64,000 nucleotides of DNA from Salinimicrobium sp. (lineage in GTDB: Bacteria; Bacteroidota; Bacteroidia; Flavobacteriales; Flavobacteriaceae): NCBI GenBank assembly GCA_035705495.1, contig DASSWB010000026.1:13206-77205 (forward strand), read 5' to 3'. Made by a program: the position numbers and the translations under genes. Position 1 is the stretch's first letter. The number at the start of each line of letters is the position of its first letter. The notes beneath the pieces are model-generated. The model did no database searches and was not told the DNA's origin. It saw nothing but the letters and a program-made list of their open reading frames with translations. This document shows positions 45,774 to 56,065 of the stretch, piece by piece.

Positions 45774-46841
45774 ATGACTCAGCAAAAATTAATGTCGAAG
45801 AAAAAGCCTTCTTTTCCGATCAATAAAAAACTCTATGAATATTTGGAAAGGCACAACAGAATCACTAAAATTCCTATTTTCTACGAAGATTTGTTGCGGT
45901 TTTCCGGTTCGATTGTGGTTTACGATCGGCATGAAGAAGATACACTTTGGGTCCGGTGTTATTACCAAGAGTTTGAGCGAAGGGAAATTGATCATAGCCT
46001 AAAACAGGTTTACAATATTTTGCATTCCGATGGAAGTGAAAGTTCAGTAGATCATTTGAATGTTGATGCCATCGATTTTTGCACTTTCGGAAATTCGAAA
46101 CCTTTTCGGGTGAAAATCAGGAATATCTTAAATGAAAACTCAACTTATTTTTATTTGAAAAAAGCCGACGCCTCCCGAATATATGGATTGGAATTTGAGC
46201 ATATTTTATCGCCGCACCGCATCAATTTTTTGGTTTCACAAGATACTTTGATTGAAGAACATATTGCGGGGATTCCCGGAGATGTTTTCATTGAAAAGGA
46301 CTTGCCAAAATGTGACGAACGTGCAAAAACGCAAATTGCCAAACAATTCGTCAAATTCAACGAACGTTGTACCGTCCGACTTTTGGGTGACATGAGATCT
46401 TATAATTATGTGGTGATTCCCACGCACGATTTTGACCATGTCGATTACCAAATTAGGGCCATAGATTTTGATCAACAGAGTTATGAGGGGAATTTTAAAG
46501 TTTATCGGCCACAATTCTTTAAAGAGAATTACAAAATGGTACAATTGGTTGAACAAAAATTAGAATCTGCATCAATTGATCAATATCAGAGAGAAGAACG
46601 TTCACTTTTGGCCAAAAGACTCATCACCTCTGGAAACAGACACAAAAACTTACTAAAATGTATGTCTTCGGATTATCTTTCAACTCAAAAAAATGTTTTG
46701 AAATTACGCCGACAGTTATATCATTATTCCAACGATATGAAATTTTTAAGGGCTCGAAATATGGGTCAGATTTTAAAAACAGCGCTCAATTTTGTCAAGC
46801 GAAATTATGAGGATACAAATTTGAAGATTTTCACGAGATGA
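45774..46841 (+). CDS. hypothetical protein with a possible protein-kinase-like/ATP-grasp-like core
   Basis: ATG 45774 (MTQQKLMSKKK...) is preferred to the tracked TTG 45744. LLGDMRSYNYVV and IRAIDFDQ loosely resemble catalytic-loop and DFG-like motifs. Family not recognised. Confidence 0.35.
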   Translation: MTQQKLMSKKKPSFPINKKLYEYLERHNRITKIPIFYEDLLRFSGSIVVYDRHEEDTLWVRCYYQEFERREIDHSLKQVYNILHSDGSESSVDHLNVDAIDFCTFGNSKPFRVKIRNILNENSTYFYLKKADASRIYGLEFEHILSPHRINFLVSQDTLIEEHIAGIPGDVFIEKDLPKCDERAKTQIAKQFVKFNERCTVRLLGDMRSYNYVVIPTHDFDHVDYQIRAIDFDQQSYEGNFKVYRPQFFKENYKMVQLVEQKLESASIDQYQREERSLLAKRLITSGNRHKNLLKCMSSDYLSTQKNVLKLRRQLYHYSNDMKFLRARNMGQILKTALNFVKRNYEDTNLKIFTR

Positions 46842-47063
46842 TTGTGATGAAAGAAAAGAGAATAGAGAAAAAGAAAAAAGAGAATAAAGAAAAAGGAGAT
46901 TGCATAAGACAACAATCGTTGAGATTTTTTCTAAGTAAAAAACACAGGGTTTTTGAAAATTTCCTTGAACAGTCTCTTTCTCTAAAAACGGGGGACTACA
47001 ATCGTTTTTACAGGACGCTATTAATTGGAATTTGTGATTTAAATTTTTGGAATTTGAAAAGAA

Positions 47064-48122
47064 TTAAGCCTTCTGCTCTTTATTGAAATAAATCAAATAA
47101 TAATACATTTGTTTTTCCTCATCCCAGCCTTTTTCCACAAATTTATCCGCAGATTCCGGATTGATGAAATCCATTTTAATTTGGATGTTCGTGTCCAAAC
47201 TTATTGTGTTTTTAATCGTTTTTCTTGCAGCGGTAACCGCTTTGTTGGCAATTGGAAATTCGGTTAAATCTTCAATTTTGTATTTTGGTGCTTTTTCAGT
47301 TTTATAATTTCTGAATTCAGGGATTAAATCAGGATTGTCAATAACCGAATTCATAAAGGCGGTTTCCTCAAAAGCGTCGTTTTTCGCAAAGTAATCAACA
47401 CTTCGGTTCATGAACATCACCTCTTGTTTTTTGTCTTCTGCCGGCAAGACTACATCTTTTGCGAAATTCTGACAGAACTTCAAATATTTTTTTGTGTAGA
47501 AAATATCATCAGCCAAAACATCAACTCCGAGGAAATTTTCCAACCAATATTTTGTATCGTATTTATTTGAATCCACCGAAAGGATTTTATAACCTTCTTC
47601 TTTTCCTTTATTAAAAATTAAAGCCCCTTTGTCCAGTTTATTCAGATTTATTCCCTGTTGAATAATCATTTCCAGAATACTTTCTTTTTCTTCAAACTGA
47701 AGGAAATCATGTTTTAACTCAGTTTTAAAAATACCAATGGCAGGCATTTTTTCATTGTCCAGCATCACATTGTCAAAATAAACCACGTACACTTCACCAC
47801 CTTTAATATGAGGATGAGTTGATTGATTAAAAAGTAATGTGGTGATTTTTTTGGAAGCTTCGTGAATGTCACTCGGTCTATCAAAAATATTTGAAACCAA
47901 GTTAAAAAGTTCATGAAATTCCAAATCGGTTTCATGTGCAAAATGGAAGTAATTTTCTTCTTTCTCCCGAAATGCCTTCAGAAAAAACTCTTTCATAAGT
48001 GGTGTAACTTCGTCGTTTAACTGAAACGGGGCCGCAGATAAAAACAAATTCTCACTCCGACTTTTATTACCTACTCTGTGAATAGATAAAGATTCAATTT
48101 GCGCATTAAATAAGTTGATCAT
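47064..48122 (-). CDS. nucleoid-associated protein, NdpA/YejK-like
   Basis: 352 aa. N-terminus IESLSIHRVGNK... and overall length fit the 37-kDa nucleoid-associated protein family. From memory. Confidence 0.55.
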   Translation of the reverse strand: MINLFNAQIESLSIHRVGNKSRSENLFLSAAPFQLNDEVTPLMKEFFLKAFREKEENYFHFAHETDLEFHELFNLVSNIFDRPSDIHEASKKITTLLFNQSTHPHIKGGEVYVVYFDNVMLDNEKMPAIGIFKTELKHDFLQFEEKESILEMIIQQGINLNKLDKGALIFNKGKEEGYKILSVDSNKYDTKYWLENFLGVDVLADDIFYTKKYLKFCQNFAKDVVLPAEDKKQEVMFMNRSVDYFAKNDAFEETAFMNSVIDNPDLIPEFRNYKTEKAPKYKIEDLTEFPIANKAVTAARKTIKNTISLDTNIQIKMDFINPESADKFVEKGWDEEKQMYYYLIYFNKEQKA

Positions 48123-48197
48123 TAATAGTTTCGGGTATTGAAAAGTTAAACCAAAAGACTGGGAAAGTGATTTTTTTAATTTCGAAAAAGTAGGGAA

Positions 48198-48710
48198 TTA
48201 ATTCCAGTTTTCGTCAAAAGATAAATCGTCATAATCTTCAATATCGAGATCGTCGTCAAATTCATCAAAATTATCTTCATCGTTTTCTTCGGCAACAAAT
48301 TCTTTTTCGGGCGCTTCATCGGGAATTTGTCCGTGGGCGAACATTAAATTTGGATAATCCCTCCCTTCTTCAATTTCAGAGATTTCAGCAAGTTCAACCA
48401 AAAATGTCCACATGCTGAAAAAATCATAGATATAAATCAGTTTCGTCTGGTCTTCAGAAACAACGCTGTCCAAAGTAGTTTCTTCCATTAATCGAACGCC
48501 GCTATCTCCATCCATGTCGAACTGCGGAATTTCTTCGCCCTGCGTCCATTCATCATCACTTATATAAAAAGCAGCCATTTCATTACCGCCAAAGCCAAAA
48601 GCTTGAGTGATTGTATTATGAAAATCCTCTAACGTACTTTCTTGTAATAATTCTATGTCCCTGAAAACATCTTCTTTTGCATCAAGAATTATTCTGAATT
48701 TGTAAACCAT
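48198..48710 (-). CDS. pRiA4b ORF-3-like domain protein with a strongly acidic C-terminal tail
   Basis: MVYKFRIILDAKEDVFRDIELLQESTLEDFHNTITQAFGF... matches the PRiA4_ORF3 family pattern as remembered. Tail is EENDEDNFDEFDDDLDIEDYDDLSFDENWN. Confidence 0.5.
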   Translation of the reverse strand: MVYKFRIILDAKEDVFRDIELLQESTLEDFHNTITQAFGFGGNEMAAFYISDDEWTQGEEIPQFDMDGDSGVRLMEETTLDSVVSEDQTKLIYIYDFFSMWTFLVELAEISEIEEGRDYPNLMFAHGQIPDEAPEKEFVAEENDEDNFDEFDDDLDIEDYDDLSFDENWN

Positions 48711-48759
48711 AATTTTAAAAAATTGGACTGCAAAGATACAGTTTTAGATGAAAAATATG

Positions 48760-49773
48760 CTATTTGCTAAATCTATGTAGCGTAAAAGTCATTGCTGTCA
48801 AAAGGAAAAACGCGCCAATTTGATGTGCAACACCCAACCATAATGGAACCGCATAAATTAACGTGAAAATCCCCAAAAGAAACTGAACAAAAACCAAAAT
48901 CAGGAGCCAGTCGATTCCTCGACTTTGAATTGCTGTCAAATCCATTTTACGTGATTTCCACCAAATCGTTAAAATAAAAGCTACCACAATATAAGCGACA
49001 TAGCGATGTACAAATTGAACGCCGCTTTTTCCTTCAACAAAATTTCTCCACAAGGGATTTTGCTCTATCCAAACCGATTCGTGAATAATTTTTCCATCAG
49101 TCATTAGGGGCCAGAAATTGTGTATGAACCCTGCATCGAGTCCGGCAATAAAAGCTCCCCAAATAATCTGGATAATTAAAGCTGCCATTCCCCAACGAAT
49201 CAAGTTTCTGAATTTTTTATCAATTTCTTTTTTCTTCGGATAAATCAGATCCAAAGCAACCCAAAAACAATAGGCAAAAGTGAGAAAAGCAGTTACTAAA
49301 TGCGCTGCCAAACGGTAATGACTCACCGCAGGAATATCAACCAAACCGCTTTTAACCATATACCAGCCCAAGAAACCTTGAAAAGCACCGAGCGCAAGTA
49401 GAATGACCGACTTTTTTATAGTGGGTTTGCTCAACTGTTTGGTGAAAAGAAAGTATAAAAATGGGATTATAAATACAATTCCAATTAAGCGGCCAATGAC
49501 ACGATGAAGCCATTCCCAGAAATAAATTTCCTTGAAATCTTCAAGCGAAAAATGATAGTGTAATTTCTGATATTCAGGATATTGCTTGTAAAGATCAAAT
49601 GCTTCCGTCCATTCTTGCTCGTTCAGAGGCGGAATTGTTCCGCTGATCAATTTATATTCAGAAATAGAAAGTCCGGAGACAGTGAGGCGCGTAATTCCGC
49701 CAACAATGACCATAATAAATATTAAAATACAGCCGGTGTACAGCCAGTAAATTACCTTCTTGTTGTCTTTCAT
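48760..49773 (-). CDS. ctaA: heme A synthase (COX15/CtaA family)
   Basis: 337 aa with 8 TM-like segments. WLHR and VHR histidine motifs in the two halves. Confidence 0.75.
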   Translation of the reverse strand: MKDNKKVIYWLYTGCILIFIMVIVGGITRLTVSGLSISEYKLISGTIPPLNEQEWTEAFDLYKQYPEYQKLHYHFSLEDFKEIYFWEWLHRVIGRLIGIVFIIPFLYFLFTKQLSKPTIKKSVILLALGAFQGFLGWYMVKSGLVDIPAVSHYRLAAHLVTAFLTFAYCFWVALDLIYPKKKEIDKKFRNLIRWGMAALIIQIIWGAFIAGLDAGFIHNFWPLMTDGKIIHESVWIEQNPLWRNFVEGKSGVQFVHRYVAYIVVAFILTIWWKSRKMDLTAIQSRGIDWLLILVFVQFLLGIFTLIYAVPLWLGVAHQIGAFFLLTAMTFTLHRFSK

Positions 49774-49808
49774 GGAATTAAAATTGATTTTTTCATTTTA
49801 AAAATTAC

Positions 49809-51248
49809 CTAAACAGGATTTAAACCGAGTTCTTTTCCTCTTTTCAGCATCAATTCACGCGCTGCCTCATATTCATTTGGAATTTCTCCTTCCAATATTG
49901 CTTCTTTAATGGTTTCTTTGATCATCCCAATTTCCTTGGAAGGTTTAATATTGAAGGTTTCCATAATTTCTTCACCAGTCACGGGAGGTTGGAAATTTCT
50001 TACATGATCCCTTTCCTCAACTTCCTTGATTTTTTTCCGAACTTCTTGAAAATTCTGATGATATTTTCTGAATCGTTTCGGATTTTTAGTCGTGATATCT
50101 GCTTCGCAAAGCGTCATTAAATCTTCAATATTTTCCCCAGCATCAAAAACCAATCTGCGAACTGCCGAATCAGTCACTTTTTCATCTGCAATAACGATAG
50201 GGCGGGAACTCATTAAAACCAATTTCTGAACAAATTTCATTTTTTCATTCAGTGGCATGCGCAATCTTTTAAAAAGTTTAAACACCATTTTTGAACCCAC
50301 AAATTCGTGTCCGTGAAAGGTCCAACCGATTTTCTTGTGAAATTTTTTCGTTGGCGCCTTTCCAATATCGTGCAAGAGCGCAGCCCATCGAAGCCATAAA
50401 TCGTCTGTATTCTCGGAAATATTATCCACTACTTCCAAAGTATGCCAAAAATTGTCTTTGTGTTTTTGACCTTCAATCTCGTCAATACCTTCAAGCGCGG
50501 TCAATTCAGGTAAAATAAGTTCCAATAAACCTGTTTTATGAAGCAATGAAAATCCTACGGAAGGTTTTTGCGAAAGCAGAATTTTATTCAGTTCATCCAC
50601 GATTCTTTCTTTGGAAATAATGCGGATTCGATCTTTGTTTTTACTGATTGCTTCAAGCGAATTTTTTTCAATTTTAAAATTGAGCTGTGAAGCAAAACGA
50701 ATCGCCCGAAGCATCCGCAACGGATCATCAGAATAAGTGATGTCCGGATCCAACGGAGTTTTGATCGTTTTATTTTTCAAATCTTCCAATCCGTTGAAAG
50801 GATCAAGAAGTTTCCCGAAATTATACTGATTCAAACTTATTGCCAGTGCATTGATCGTAAAGTCCCTGCGATTTTGATCATCTTCCAAAGTCCCATTTTG
50901 CACTACGGGATTTCTGCTTTCTTCACTGTAACTTTCTTTTCGGGCTCCCACAAATTCAATTTCCAAATTGTAAGCACGGAGCATTGCGGTTCCGTAATTT
51001 TTAAAAACTTGGACTTTGGGTTTGTGCGATAATTTTTCTGAAACTTTTTGGGCGAGTTCAATTCCGCTTCCAACTGCAACAACATCAATATCTTTGGCCT
51101 CACCACGGTCTAGAATCAAATCACGAACAAATCCTCCTATCACATAACATTCAATCTCAAGATCAAATGCGGCCGAGGAGATGGCGTCAAAAATTTTATG
51201 GTTCAGTTTATTTTGGAAATTGGAATTGGTCAAGACTTTATTTTTCAA
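49809..51248 (-). CDS. CCA tRNA nucleotidyltransferase / poly(A) polymerase-family protein with HD domain
   Basis: 479 aa. GGFVRDLIL...DIDV head-domain motif, RDFTINA, and a later HD segment (LLHDIGK). Confidence 0.8.
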   Translation of the reverse strand: MKNKVLTNSNFQNKLNHKIFDAISSAAFDLEIECYVIGGFVRDLILDRGEAKDIDVVAVGSGIELAQKVSEKLSHKPKVQVFKNYGTAMLRAYNLEIEFVGARKESYSEESRNPVVQNGTLEDDQNRRDFTINALAISLNQYNFGKLLDPFNGLEDLKNKTIKTPLDPDITYSDDPLRMLRAIRFASQLNFKIEKNSLEAISKNKDRIRIISKERIVDELNKILLSQKPSVGFSLLHKTGLLELILPELTALEGIDEIEGQKHKDNFWHTLEVVDNISENTDDLWLRWAALLHDIGKAPTKKFHKKIGWTFHGHEFVGSKMVFKLFKRLRMPLNEKMKFVQKLVLMSSRPIVIADEKVTDSAVRRLVFDAGENIEDLMTLCEADITTKNPKRFRKYHQNFQEVRKKIKEVEERDHVRNFQPPVTGEEIMETFNIKPSKEIGMIKETIKEAILEGEIPNEYEAARELMLKRGKELGLNPV

Positions 51249-51282
51249 TGGTGATTTCCAGGAACAATTCCTTAAAATGACC

Positions 51283-51855
51283 TTATTTTCGAATTATTTT
51301 CACCTTCCCATCTTTCCCCAATTTTATAATTGCCGAAGGTTTAGGTGTTTTTTTATTTAACTGCCGCAAATTTACTACATAGTCAACACCTTTTAAAATT
51401 TCCCGGCTTATTTCGGCAAAGGAATTTGGCGCTGGTTTTCCGCTGATATTTGCGGAAGTCGAAACCAATGGTTTTTTCAATTTTCTGATTAAATCGTTAC
51501 AAAAAAGATCTTTGGTAACTCGAATTCCCAACGTGTCATCTTCGCCGACCAAATTGTCAGCAATTCTTATGGGGTTGTCATAAATAATGGTTGTCGGTGA
51601 GTTTGCATATTTCAAAATGTCATAGGCAACTTCGGGAACTTCCTCGATATATTGGTTCAGCATTTTAAAATCGTTTACCAAACAAATGAGCGCTTTGGCT
51701 TCACTGCGTTTTTTGAGTGCATAAACCTTATCAACAGCATCTGCATTGGTGGCATCGCAACCTATTCCCCAAACGGTATCGGTCGGATATAGAATGATTC
51801 CGCCTTTTTTTAAAACTGCAAAAGCATTGTTGAGTTCGTCTTTAAAATTCTCCAT
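51283..51855 (-). CDS. tsaC: L-threonylcarbamoyladenylate synthase (YrdC/TsaC domain)
   Basis: 190 aa. [13 protein letters not shown] and STSANISG motifs. Confidence 0.8.
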   Translation of the reverse strand: MENFKDELNNAFAVLKKGGIILYPTDTVWGIGCDATNADAVDKVYALKKRSEAKALICLVNDFKMLNQYIEEVPEVAYDILKYANSPTTIIYDNPIRIADNLVGEDDTLGIRVTKDLFCNDLIRKLKKPLVSTSANISGKPAPNSFAEISREILKGVDYVVNLRQLNKKTPKPSAIIKLGKDGKVKIIRK

Positions 51856-52954
51856 TGAGTACTTTTTTATATGCTTCCAAGGTTTTTTGTGCCATTATTT
51901 TGGAAGTGAAATTATTTACTAGAAGTTCGTATGATGTTTCGGTAAACGCGAGTTGCTGCTCTTCATTTTCGCTCAAAGATACTATATGTTCCGCTAATTT
52001 TTTAAAATCAAAAGGATCTGTGAGCAAGCCATTTTTCCCATGCGAAATGATTTCAGGAATTCCGCCTACATTAGTGCTTATAACTGGAACTTTATGATAA
52101 AAAGCTTCATAAATAACCTGCGGTAGGCCTTCACTCTGGGAAGTCATTATTTTTAAATCGAATTGCGGGATCAAATTTTGTGCATTGGGAATAAAATCAA
52201 AAAAAGAGAAATAGGAGATCAAATTGTGTTTTTCAACTAATAATTTCAAAGCTTTTGTTCTTGCCGAAAATCTTCCAATCTGGACAAAATGAAAATTCTT
52301 TTTGTTCATTTCGTTCACCAAATAATTTGCGGTCAAAAGCAGTGTTTCTAAGTTCTTTGCACGTATATGGTTTCCAATATTTCCGATTAGAATCGTTTCT
52401 TCAGAAAGATTCAACTTTTTCCGAATTAAAAAACTGGGTCTACCATCTTTATTGTCAATTCTTGTTCCGTGGTAAATCGTTACCAATTTACTCGGTTCTT
52501 CGATACTTTCCGCAGTAATTTTTTTCGTGGCTTCCGAAACACAGAGTATTTTTTTTATGTTCGTATGATTGTATTTATAAAGTGTTTGCCACCGATTTTT
52601 AATTGGAAAAGAAGTTTTTTTACTCAGTATAAATGGTGGTAGTTTAAAGATTTTGTGTGCTATAACTGCCAGCGTCAAGGAAGTTGAACCATGAATGTGG
52701 ATCAGGTCATATTTTTCTCTTCTGCACAATTTTATCAATTTAAAAATGGCCCTAGGATCCATTTTAAATTTCATGTACAAGGTGTCGTAATTAAAATTTC
52801 CTTTCTTTAGCCTTTCATGAAATCGACCATTTTTAGCCACCACAATCGTATTTTCAATTTCCGGGTGTGACAAGGAAAGCTCATAGTACAAATTTTCAAT
52901 ATGATTTCCACCACCACCCCAACTCTTGACTGCAGAAAGATGGAGTATTTTCAT
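51842..52954 (-). CDS. glycosyltransferase family 4 (GT-B, GT1-type C-domain)
   Basis: 370 aa. C-terminal SEGLPQVIYEAFYHKVPVISTNVGGIPE (E-x7-E region). Confidence 0.75.
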   Translation of the reverse strand: MKILHLSAVKSWGGGGNHIENLYYELSLSHPEIENTIVVAKNGRFHERLKKGNFNYDTLYMKFKMDPRAIFKLIKLCRREKYDLIHIHGSTSLTLAVIAHKIFKLPPFILSKKTSFPIKNRWQTLYKYNHTNIKKILCVSEATKKITAESIEEPSKLVTIYHGTRIDNKDGRPSFLIRKKLNLSEETILIGNIGNHIRAKNLETLLLTANYLVNEMNKKNFHFVQIGRFSARTKALKLLVEKHNLISYFSFFDFIPNAQNLIPQFDLKIMTSQSEGLPQVIYEAFYHKVPVISTNVGGIPEIISHGKNGLLTDPFDFKKLAEHIVSLSENEEQQLAFTETSYELLVNNFTSKIMAQKTLEAYKKVLNGEF

Positions 52955-52978
52955 TAGTAAGTTTTTAAAAGGGTCGGA

Positions 52979-53881
52979 TCAAATTTCCAGATAATTGAAA
53001 ACCTTTTGCGCAAAATTCTTGTTAATTTCTCGACATTCCTCCAAAACTCCTGAATATACATTTGCTTTCGATAAATCCTCCAAACTGTTTTCAAAAGTGG
53101 AAATAACCGGTTTGTATTTGAAGTCATAAAATTTTGACGAGTTTGGAACCACTACTACTTTCTTTCCCAGTAACATTGACCAATACATAGCGTGATAACT
53201 ATCGGTAATGATATTCTCGGAACTTCCAATAAAATTGATCAATTCTTCAAGATTTGTAGTGTTTGATGTCGATGGAAAATCTTTAAACCGATTTAAAATT
53301 TTGGGTTTTTTCAGCGTGTCCTTGTGAAAAACAATTCCGGTTTCCTGGGTGATTTTATAATCCCGATCAAAAACCGAATTCATACAACTCACGCAAGGAA
53401 CATATTCGCCGGGCATTGAAAAATCCCTTGTCCCAACCAAGCCAAACTTCGAAACATCGATGTTGTAATGTTTTAGTTTTCCGTAGGTCTGCGGATTCTT
53501 GTCATTATGACCAACTCCCCACAATACAGTTTTTTTTCCTTTTGCGGTCAAATCCTGAAAAAGCTGCATTTGTTTATAAAATGCATTCCGGTTCAACAAT
53601 CCGCCGCCGCCCACAATCACTGCGTTATTGGAAATTTTTTCAATAAAATTCTTTAATTCAACAGGATCTGATTTTTTATAATCAAAAATATCGACGGAAG
53701 TGTTTTTGATTTTTTCAAAATAATGATGTGGAGCACTATAATAATCGCCAATATTCCGCGTGTCGATGCGGTGAATATTCACAACCGATTCATTCTTTTG
53801 AGGCGTTTCTAAAATGGTTTTTATAACCCGTCTCTTGCGCTGTGACCGCTGAAGCGAGGATATGATTTTTTTTATCGGCAT
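52979..53881 (-). CDS. polysaccharide pyruvyl transferase-like protein
   Basis: 300 aa. NIGDYY, VGGGGLL, GTRD and a DSYHAMYWSMLLGKKVV pattern, as in the WcaK/CsaB-type family. From memory. Confidence 0.45.
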   Translation of the reverse strand: MPIKKIISSLQRSQRKRRVIKTILETPQKNESVVNIHRIDTRNIGDYYSAPHHYFEKIKNTSVDIFDYKKSDPVELKNFIEKISNNAVIVGGGGLLNRNAFYKQMQLFQDLTAKGKKTVLWGVGHNDKNPQTYGKLKHYNIDVSKFGLVGTRDFSMPGEYVPCVSCMNSVFDRDYKITQETGIVFHKDTLKKPKILNRFKDFPSTSNTTNLEELINFIGSSENIITDSYHAMYWSMLLGKKVVVVPNSSKFYDFKYKPVISTFENSLEDLSKANVYSGVLEECREINKNFAQKVFNYLEI

Positions 53882-53890
53882 ATTATTATT

Positions 53891-54955
53891 TTAAAGGAGC
53901 GACTTATAAACTTCCAAATATTGTTTTGCTGCTTCATCCCAACTGAAACTTTGTGCACGGGCAATCATTTTTTCTCGATACAATTGCTTGTCGGCTTCAA
54001 ATTTATGCATTCCTTTGATAAAAACATCGGCCATATATTCTGGATCATAATCTTCCCAATAAAAAGCGAGTTCTCCACCAATTTCAGGAAGGGAAGTATT
54101 GTTTGAAGTGAAAACCGGTTTTCCAAATCGCATCGCTTCAATGATGGGCAACCCAAATCCTTCACGTAAAGAAGGAAATACGAAAGCGGCACAGTTCTGA
54201 TAGTAATATTGTTTATCGGCTTCGGAAATTTTTCCAACTAAAAAAATACGGTCTTTTAAATTTTTGTCCTCGATCAGTTTGGCAATTTCCTGACCGTTTT
54301 CAGTTGAATTTTTACCAGCCAAAATCAAATTGAAATCCGGCAATATTTCCATCATTTTGACGAGGGAAGCAAAATTTTTTCGAGCTGTAAATTCACCTAT
54401 GGAAAATAGAAAAGGAGCCGTGATTTTTTTTGATGGTTTATAATCAGATGAAATTGTTATTTCTTTAATCGGATTTCCATTGTAAATCACATACTCTGGA
54501 ACATCTGGTACATCAAAAAATTGATGTGTTGAGTTTTTGGCGTAATTGGAAATATAAGTAATGGCATTGCTACGGTTCAATTTCTCCTGAAAACGCTGGT
54601 GAACAGGATCATTTTTGTAATTTTCCAGATCTTTAATATGGGTAATATTATGAACCGTAAGTAAATAAGGGATTTTATGGAACGGTTCAATTTTCGTGTT
54701 TTGGTTCATTGAATGCCATAAATCGTATTTTTTTCTTATCCGCAAACTTTTATATCTGTAAAAAGAATGATATTTTTTAAAATTCACTGCTTCAAAATCC
54801 TTGATCAATGATTTGTTCTTGGCGGTTACCGTCAATGTGAATTCTGTATTCTGCTTAGCCAAACTTTTGATGAGCCAATAGTTGAATTGCCCAAACCCGA
54901 AATAAATATTGTTGAGGTTGTGGGATTCCAGAAATATTTGTTTTTTGTTCCCCAT
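53891..54955 (-). CDS. glycosyltransferase family 1/4
   Basis: 354 aa. PSLREGFGLPIIEAMRFGKPVFTSNNTSLPEIGG. Confidence 0.75.
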   Translation of the reverse strand: MGNKKQIFLESHNLNNIYFGFGQFNYWLIKSLAKQNTEFTLTVTAKNKSLIKDFEAVNFKKYHSFYRYKSLRIRKKYDLWHSMNQNTKIEPFHKIPYLLTVHNITHIKDLENYKNDPVHQRFQEKLNRSNAITYISNYAKNSTHQFFDVPDVPEYVIYNGNPIKEITISSDYKPSKKITAPFLFSIGEFTARKNFASLVKMMEILPDFNLILAGKNSTENGQEIAKLIEDKNLKDRIFLVGKISEADKQYYYQNCAAFVFPSLREGFGLPIIEAMRFGKPVFTSNNTSLPEIGGELAFYWEDYDPEYMADVFIKGMHKFEADKQLYREKMIARAQSFSWDEAAKQYLEVYKSLL

Positions 54956-54982
54956 CGAATCAGAAGGATCAATTTTTAAAAT

Positions 54983-56065
54983 TTAAAAACGCTTGTTATA
55001 GTTTAGGATTCTTTCTGTTGCTTCCCTTATGGCTCCGTTTCCGGAATTTTGAGAAAGAATGATATCAACAAAAGGTTTTACCGAATTCGTGGCATTTTGC
55101 GGACAAAAAGACCATCCGACGGAACATAAATTGGCCAAATCATTCACGTCATCCCCAATATAGGCGATTTCTCCACGGGAAATATTTTGTTGTTCTAAAA
55201 AATTCTGAAGCAATGAATGTTTGTCTTTTGCATAGAGAAAAACGTGTTCGATTTTCAATTTTTCCATTCGTTTTTTCACAAGTGCGGAATCTTCGGAAGT
55301 CATTACAGCTACTTGAACGCCATGTTCCCTTAGAATTTCGAGTCCCATTCCGTCACGAATGTCAAATCGTTTGCTCAGTTCGCCGTTTTCATCATAATAA
55401 ACACCGCCATCCGTAAAAACGCCATCCACATCCAAAACCAGGAATTTAATGGACTTGGTTTCTTTTTCCGAGATTAATTTGTTGGCAATTATAGTTTCGT
55501 TGGATTCCCAGTTTTTTTCCGAAATCGGAAAAATTGTTTCCACGGGCATTTTGATCAATTCAGAAGTTTTTAAATTTTCCCCACCTATTTTTTCGAATAA
55601 TAATGCCGAGTTTTCCAAAAACCGAGAATTTTGTACTCCCATAGTAATACTGCCATCCTCATTCCGTATTTTATTTTCAAGCTCAACAACGCTTATTGCA
55701 TGGGTGGTTTTTTGATCGGAAACTTTCGAAAGACCTCGATTAATATCCGCTTTTGAAACAAATGCCGAAAAAATATTCAGAAGGCAAACAATGTCACCAG
55801 TTTTACTTTTTTCAGTTTTAAAAGAATTGAAAGCTTCTACGGAATTGGTTTTTGAATCAAAAGAAATCACATTGATTTTTTTGGTCCAATTATAATTTTT
55901 GGAAATAAAATGCTGTATTTCATCATCATCGGTAGCAACAAAAATTTCTTCTAATTCCGAAAAAATTGCTTCCGCCAAAACCCAACAAAAAAGTGGTCTG
56001 CCCAAAAATTTTCTCTTTGAAAGCTTGTTCTTCTGTGAAATGGGTAAGAATCCTATTGTTCGCAT
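54983..56065 (-). CDS. fusion protein: sugar-acid cytidylyltransferase-like N-domain + KdsC-type HAD-IIIA phosphatase C-domain
   Basis: From ATG 56065: MRTIGFLPISQKNKLSKRKFLGRPLFCWVLAEA (NeuA/KdsB-like). C-terminal FLVLDVDGVFTDG...IAYIGDDVNDL (KdsC-like). The tracked ORF extends to 56203, but that extension looks non-coding. Confidence 0.6.
   Translation of the reverse strand: MRTIGFLPISQKNKLSKRKFLGRPLFCWVLAEAIFSELEEIFVATDDDEIQHFISKNYNWTKKINVISFDSKTNSVEAFNSFKTEKSKTGDIVCLLNIFSAFVSKADINRGLSKVSDQKTTHAISVVELENKIRNEDGSITMGVQNSRFLENSALLFEKIGGENLKTSELIKMPVETIFPISEKNWESNETIIANKLISEKETKSIKFLVLDVDGVFTDGGVYYDENGELSKRFDIRDGMGLEILREHGVQVAVMTSEDSALVKKRMEKLKIEHVFLYAKDKHSLLQNFLEQQNISRGEIAYIGDDVNDLANLCSVGWSFCPQNATNSVKPFVDIILSQNSGNGAIREATERILNYNKRF

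Noticed and set aside
46838-47086. Tracked 82-aa ORF in the spacer after the 45774..46841 gene.
   Set aside because: Its first third is a K/E translation of the polypurine tract, and its end overlaps the NdpA-like gene's 3' end. It has no start context or recognisable fold.
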